From the human T2T-CHM13v2.0 reference genome, Homo sapiens, in assembly GCF_009914755.1 (NCBI RefSeq), contig NC_060931.1: a DNA stretch of 64,000 nt; one strand, written 5' to 3'. A program made the position numbers and the translations under genes. Shown here piece by piece: positions 59,421 to 64,000 of this stretch; within the stretch, counting starts at the first letter, position 1, and each line of letters starts with the position of its first letter. A model generated the notes under the pieces. That model did not search any database, was not told the DNA's origin, and saw only the letters and a list, made by a program, of their open reading frames with translations.

Positions 59421-62400
59421 GGTAAAGAGTAAATGTTCCGGGGTGAAATACATTTGAGAAATATTAAGGTAAAATTAGATTTTTGGCAGACTTACTTAAA
59501 ATGATACATGCACAGTGGGTTTCCAAAAGGGGCATACAGAATGTGGCAAATTTCACAAAATCATTTGATCACAGAAATCTTTTTTATATGAAGCAAAGCA
59601 GGACCAGTGCTTTTCTGTTTCAGTTCTAAAAGAGGGATCAGATACCTGCTTCATATAAACTTCAATCTGAACCTACTAATGACTGGGGATACCAGGATGA
59701 ATGACCGCAGACTTCAACTTCCAGAAGTTCACATGTTAACAGGGAAAAGGAATAAAATGATGATAGAATTGTTTATCTCAAACTCAGCAAGAAAGTATAA
59801 ACAAGGGACTAACCACCACCTCCAGCTGGGGAACTGTGAAGGGATGAATTCATAAATGAAAGTGCATATAAAAATATCTGGCATATTTTAAGCACTAAAA
59901 ATATTTGGTTGTTATTACTTTTTAGATTGTCATAGTTGGTTGGTTTAGGCGAAGGAAGAATCCCATGAGTCAGACGAAGGAGGAAAGAGAGAGTCACAGA
60001 GGCCCTGGAGAACACAGAGTGTAACATCAGATGAATGAGGAGAGGCAGGCAGGTGCCCCTGGAGGTCCTGTGTGTCTCACTGGGAGCTCTTCAATGTAAA
60101 GGGCAAAGTCTCGCCCTTTCTAAAAGCCTTCAGTATGTTAAACAAATTCAAACAAAACAAGATTCAAAAAACATCGATGACAATAAAGTCAATTTGAAAG
60201 GACTATGATTGAGGCAAGCATAAGAATTAAGGTATAGTCAAGAGATAGTTTCACCTAATGTTCCCCTGGCAGTCTCATCATTCCCTTGGTGAGATGCTAA
60301 TAAGGGTTAGAGAGCCAGTCTAAGGAATATAAAGTGAAGAACCTGTCACTCAGTTGTCAAGGGAAACTGCCTGTCTATAATTCCCTTAGCAAAGCCTTCA
60401 TATCTTAGCATATGTTAATTAGACTTCATGCTTAAGCCTAAAAATTTATTACACTCCAGGCTTTGTTTCATTTTGTTTACATTTTTTAAAGAAATATATC
60501 AAAAAATGGAGTTGAGCTTTATATATGTTGTATAGTTTCCTCTGTTTGGTATAATAGTCAAACTTACTAACTGTTCACAATTTCTAACAGTCCAGTTTGT
60601 CATTTTCTCTAATTAATTTTTCATCTAAAAGTTGTTGGCATGTGGCTGAGAAGAACTGAAAAAGAGACGTAGGTAAGAGTAGAAAATAATAAGATTCATG
60701 AGATTAGGTGGATCAATGCAGATGTTTTTAACTGGAGATTCTGTGAAATGTAAATAGAATCAAACCTGAGGCTTTATCAAATTCAAAAGGATATCCTAAG
60801 CAATTCTGATTATGAATTACATCTACATTCATAAATTATGCACTTACAAAGAGGAAGTGTTTGAAAATATTTTTAAAAAGCAATGTTACTGAGAAAAAAA
60901 TAAAATATTAAAAAGGTCTTAAGCAAACAATTTTAGGAAGTAAAATAAAACACTACCAGCTTATATTAAATAGTGCTTTAGTATTTCCAGAGAACTCTAC
61001 ATGTATGCCATTATTAGATCATTACTATAAGCACATGAGAAAGTCAGGAATATAACACCATGATTTAGTTTCACGTGTGGTGGTAAGACTTTCATATATG
61101 TAAATTAACAACACAAATGTAATTTGCACTTAATTCAAGAAAACAATCACTTTACTACTTATAAAAGCCTGAAATCTAAAATGCACACTGCTAACAGCCA
61201 AGATTAAGTATTAGTTATTTGATATCCACACTTGAATGTACCCTTCTCCCAATAACCCGCCCTCCCCACTATTTGAGAATCAGTGTCCCCATCTGTAAGT
61301 TGGAATTAAAATATAGGCATTTTCTGCTTATCATCAGTAGTCCATTTATGAAAAATCAGACATTCTATTCAAATGCCAAACAGGTAACAATTTCCAATTA
61401 TTTTAACTGAGAAAGTCATATTTAAACCCAAATCCCCAATTCCCTAAAATGTAACTGAAACACATTTATACAGGTAATAGCCATTATGATGAAATGTGAA
61501 ATGATGAGACATTTTCTGCTACTGCAACTAACATTTATAGCATTTTATATTTATAAAAGGGAGCATTGGTTTTTAAAGATTAGATACACTACCCCTGCCC
61601 ATCGAGAGCACTCTTCAAAAATTTGGGTATGGCCATGCAAGTATTCAATGACAATGGGAAAATACTATAAAAAATATTGGTTTTATAAGATATATTCTTC
61701 AATAATTCATGCAATTTGCTTTAAAAAAAACCCTTATCTTTCCCAAGAGGGAAAAAGATACGATGAAAGACAGGAGACAAAAATCTGCCTATGTTTCTTT
61801 CTCCATTCCTCCAGTTTATAGTGCTAGAATTATCAGGGGACCTGGAATTATCTTATTATCTCTGTAATAGAAAATCTGTGGTTCAGCATCGACTCACCCT
61901 TTCTGCTAGCCTCATTCACCATATATACAGTGGTTCAATGTTTCCCTTAACCAAGCTTGTCTTCATAAACACAGTTACAATGAGTCTTTGGGCACCTTGT
62001 TGCAATATTCTTGATGCTATGTTCTTCTAAGACTTTGAAGGATTAACAGAGAAGATAAAATCAGAACTTGGACCTACAGTCCTATTCCTGACTTATGCTA
62101 GGGTTGTTTTCATCATACCATCTAGAACATGGCCTTGTGTTGATAGCAACACCTTCTGGAATGGCAAAATACTCATTGGTAACACAAGGAAAGACATACT
62201 AAAAATTTGCCTATACCCTTGCTAATTTCATATTACCAAATCACTCTGATTCTTCAGTGTTCTATCTTGGCTCAATCCAATATCTTGTAAGTAGCTGTTG
62301 TTAATAGGTAATTTAACAGTTTATCAGTTTATAAGGTTTTGCTCTTTCCTGGTCTGGTCCAACTATTGCACCTTTACCCTTGCTACCTCAAAATCAAAGG

Positions 62401-62747
62401 TTTAGAGGGACATACCAGAAACACAATGTAAAGTATTTGATTATGTCGTTGACGTTATGTCACACTGACAGTGATGGTAGCATTCATTCCCAGGGATGCT
62501 ACATATCCAGCGCAAGGAACAACTGTCTTACCCCATAGGCCAAAGGCTTTACCTGTTGAGAAGCAGTAGCAGTGACCCAGTCCCAGTTCTAACAACATTC
62601 TTTTTATAGAAAATATGGACATTGATCCTAAAGCTGTCTCTCACTAGTTCTGCCATTTTGTTGAAGTCGCTTAGCTTTCTGGGCCTCAGTTCCCTCATCA
62701 AAAAATTGGGATAAAGAATATTGTTTAATTTCTTCTATTTTAAATTA

Positions 62748-62896
62748 CAGTAGGCCCTTCATATCTACAGGGGATTGGCTCCAGGACCCTAGAGAACATC
62801 AAAGTCTGAGGATGCTTAAGTCCCTTAGTAGGCCCTGCATGTCCCAAGGTTCCCCATACACTGTTGGATGAATCCTTGGATACCAAGGGTTGACTG
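62748..62896. mobile_element. Short MER2-like Tigger MITE next to a MIR (~62600-62720)
   Basis: ta|cagtaggcccttcatatc..gataccaagggttgactg|ta; TIRs and TA TSD. Confidence 0.75.
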
Positions 62897-63690
62897 TATT
62901 TCATATTTTTTATTATACTTATATATTTTAACTCATATCCTATAAACCTACATTTATAGCAATCCCTTGATATTCTGTAATTTTTAAGGCATTAGCTAGA
63001 TCCTGCAATTAGTTCCTTAACCCCCTAAATATTAAGGAAACAATTTTAAAACTCCCTTTCCTAAATCCATTGAAGACCCAACAGAATACAATAGTGAAAG
63101 AATATCAGGAGTTTGATAAGATAGTACAGTTTCTTCTAAAGTTCTCAGAAAATTAACATGGTGGTAGGCATAACAGATACACTGAAGTAGGTGATTTTTA
63201 GCTTTGAATCAAAGAAGCACTGACTGACCCAGAAAAATGAAAAATAAAATATCAAGAGGAAAATCAGTAAGAGATATTCCTCATTCTGAGTTAATAGGAG
63301 TGAACCAGGCAGAGACGAACTAAGACAAATAGGCAAAAGAGAAAGCACCAAGATGTTACAGCTACCTGAAAATGAGGACTTTATAAACTAAGGACTGTAC
63401 ACCAGTTGCCAGGCTCAACACTTTGTATCAACAATCCACTTTTTGATTTTAACAAAGTTTTGGTATTTTAAATTTCTTCACTTTACTAGATCCCCAGTTT
63501 CACCTTCATTGCAAACTCAGACCAGGTCGGGAGGGGGTGTATTTGAAAATGAAGATAACCGCCTTTCAATTGTGAAAGAGCAGTGTAAAGGCTGTTTAAT
63601 TTGGAGATAATGGCTTATATGAATTGTGTGTAATGTTGCATTAACTTGTTGTAATTGTCATGGTTATTAAAACTATAGCCAAACACTCAC

Positions 63691-63754
63691 CATGTGCTCT
63701 ACAGGGCACATTAACTATATAAAAGACATCATCTGTGCCCTCTAGGAACTTAGC
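63691..63754 (-). other. Candidate cryptic 64-nt exon in the TPK1 intron upstream of exon 6
   Basis: ctcactgctttgaacttttag|GCTAAG..CACATG|gtgagt; splice motifs only. Confidence 0.25.
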
Positions 63755-64000
63755 CTAAAAGTTCAAAGCAGTGAGTTTGATACTCGTTGATACATGAAGA
63801 AAGTGGATTATACTGTATCAACCTAGAATGATGTAGTTCAAGAATTAGAAGATTCAGCTAAATCTTACTTTAAAAACTAAACCTCAACAAATGTAATTTA
63901 GTTTTTAAGGTTAAAATAAAGTGAAGAAGGAAATATAAGAGAAATTCATCAAGAGGCATTAACTCAAATTTTTCCTCTATCCTTGACCCTCATTTTACTG

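Overview
AT-rich, repeat-dense primate DNA (protein match is to human) from the middle of TPK1 (thiamin pyrophosphokinase 1), transcribed on the minus strand. Only two coding exons are present: 41624-41719 (96 nt, [32 protein letters not shown]) and 9878-10024 (147 nt, [16 protein letters not shown]...IYLLQP). Both are phase 0/0 with canonical GT-AG sites, and correspond to exons 6 and 7 of the major isoform as I recall it. Everything else is intron packed with Alus, L1s, L2/MIR, MaLR/ERV LTRs and DNA-transposon MITEs; none of the listed ORFs is a separate gene. I see no evidence for a new multi-gene system. The most interesting items are: (1) a 53-bp-stem fold-back hairpin created inside an L1; (2) a TSD-flanked, internally deleted L1PA whose antisense promoter/ORF0 region points at TPK1 exon 7; (3) a three-level MST>Alu>LTR22 nest with all three TSDs preserved; (4) a ~1.25 kb L1 inverted repeat; (5) a THE1 cluster with DUX4-type motifs; (6) a candidate 64-nt poison exon; (7) several template-switch scars. 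Repeat subfamily names come from recalled consensus sequences, not from a search, and boundaries of old repeats are approximate.
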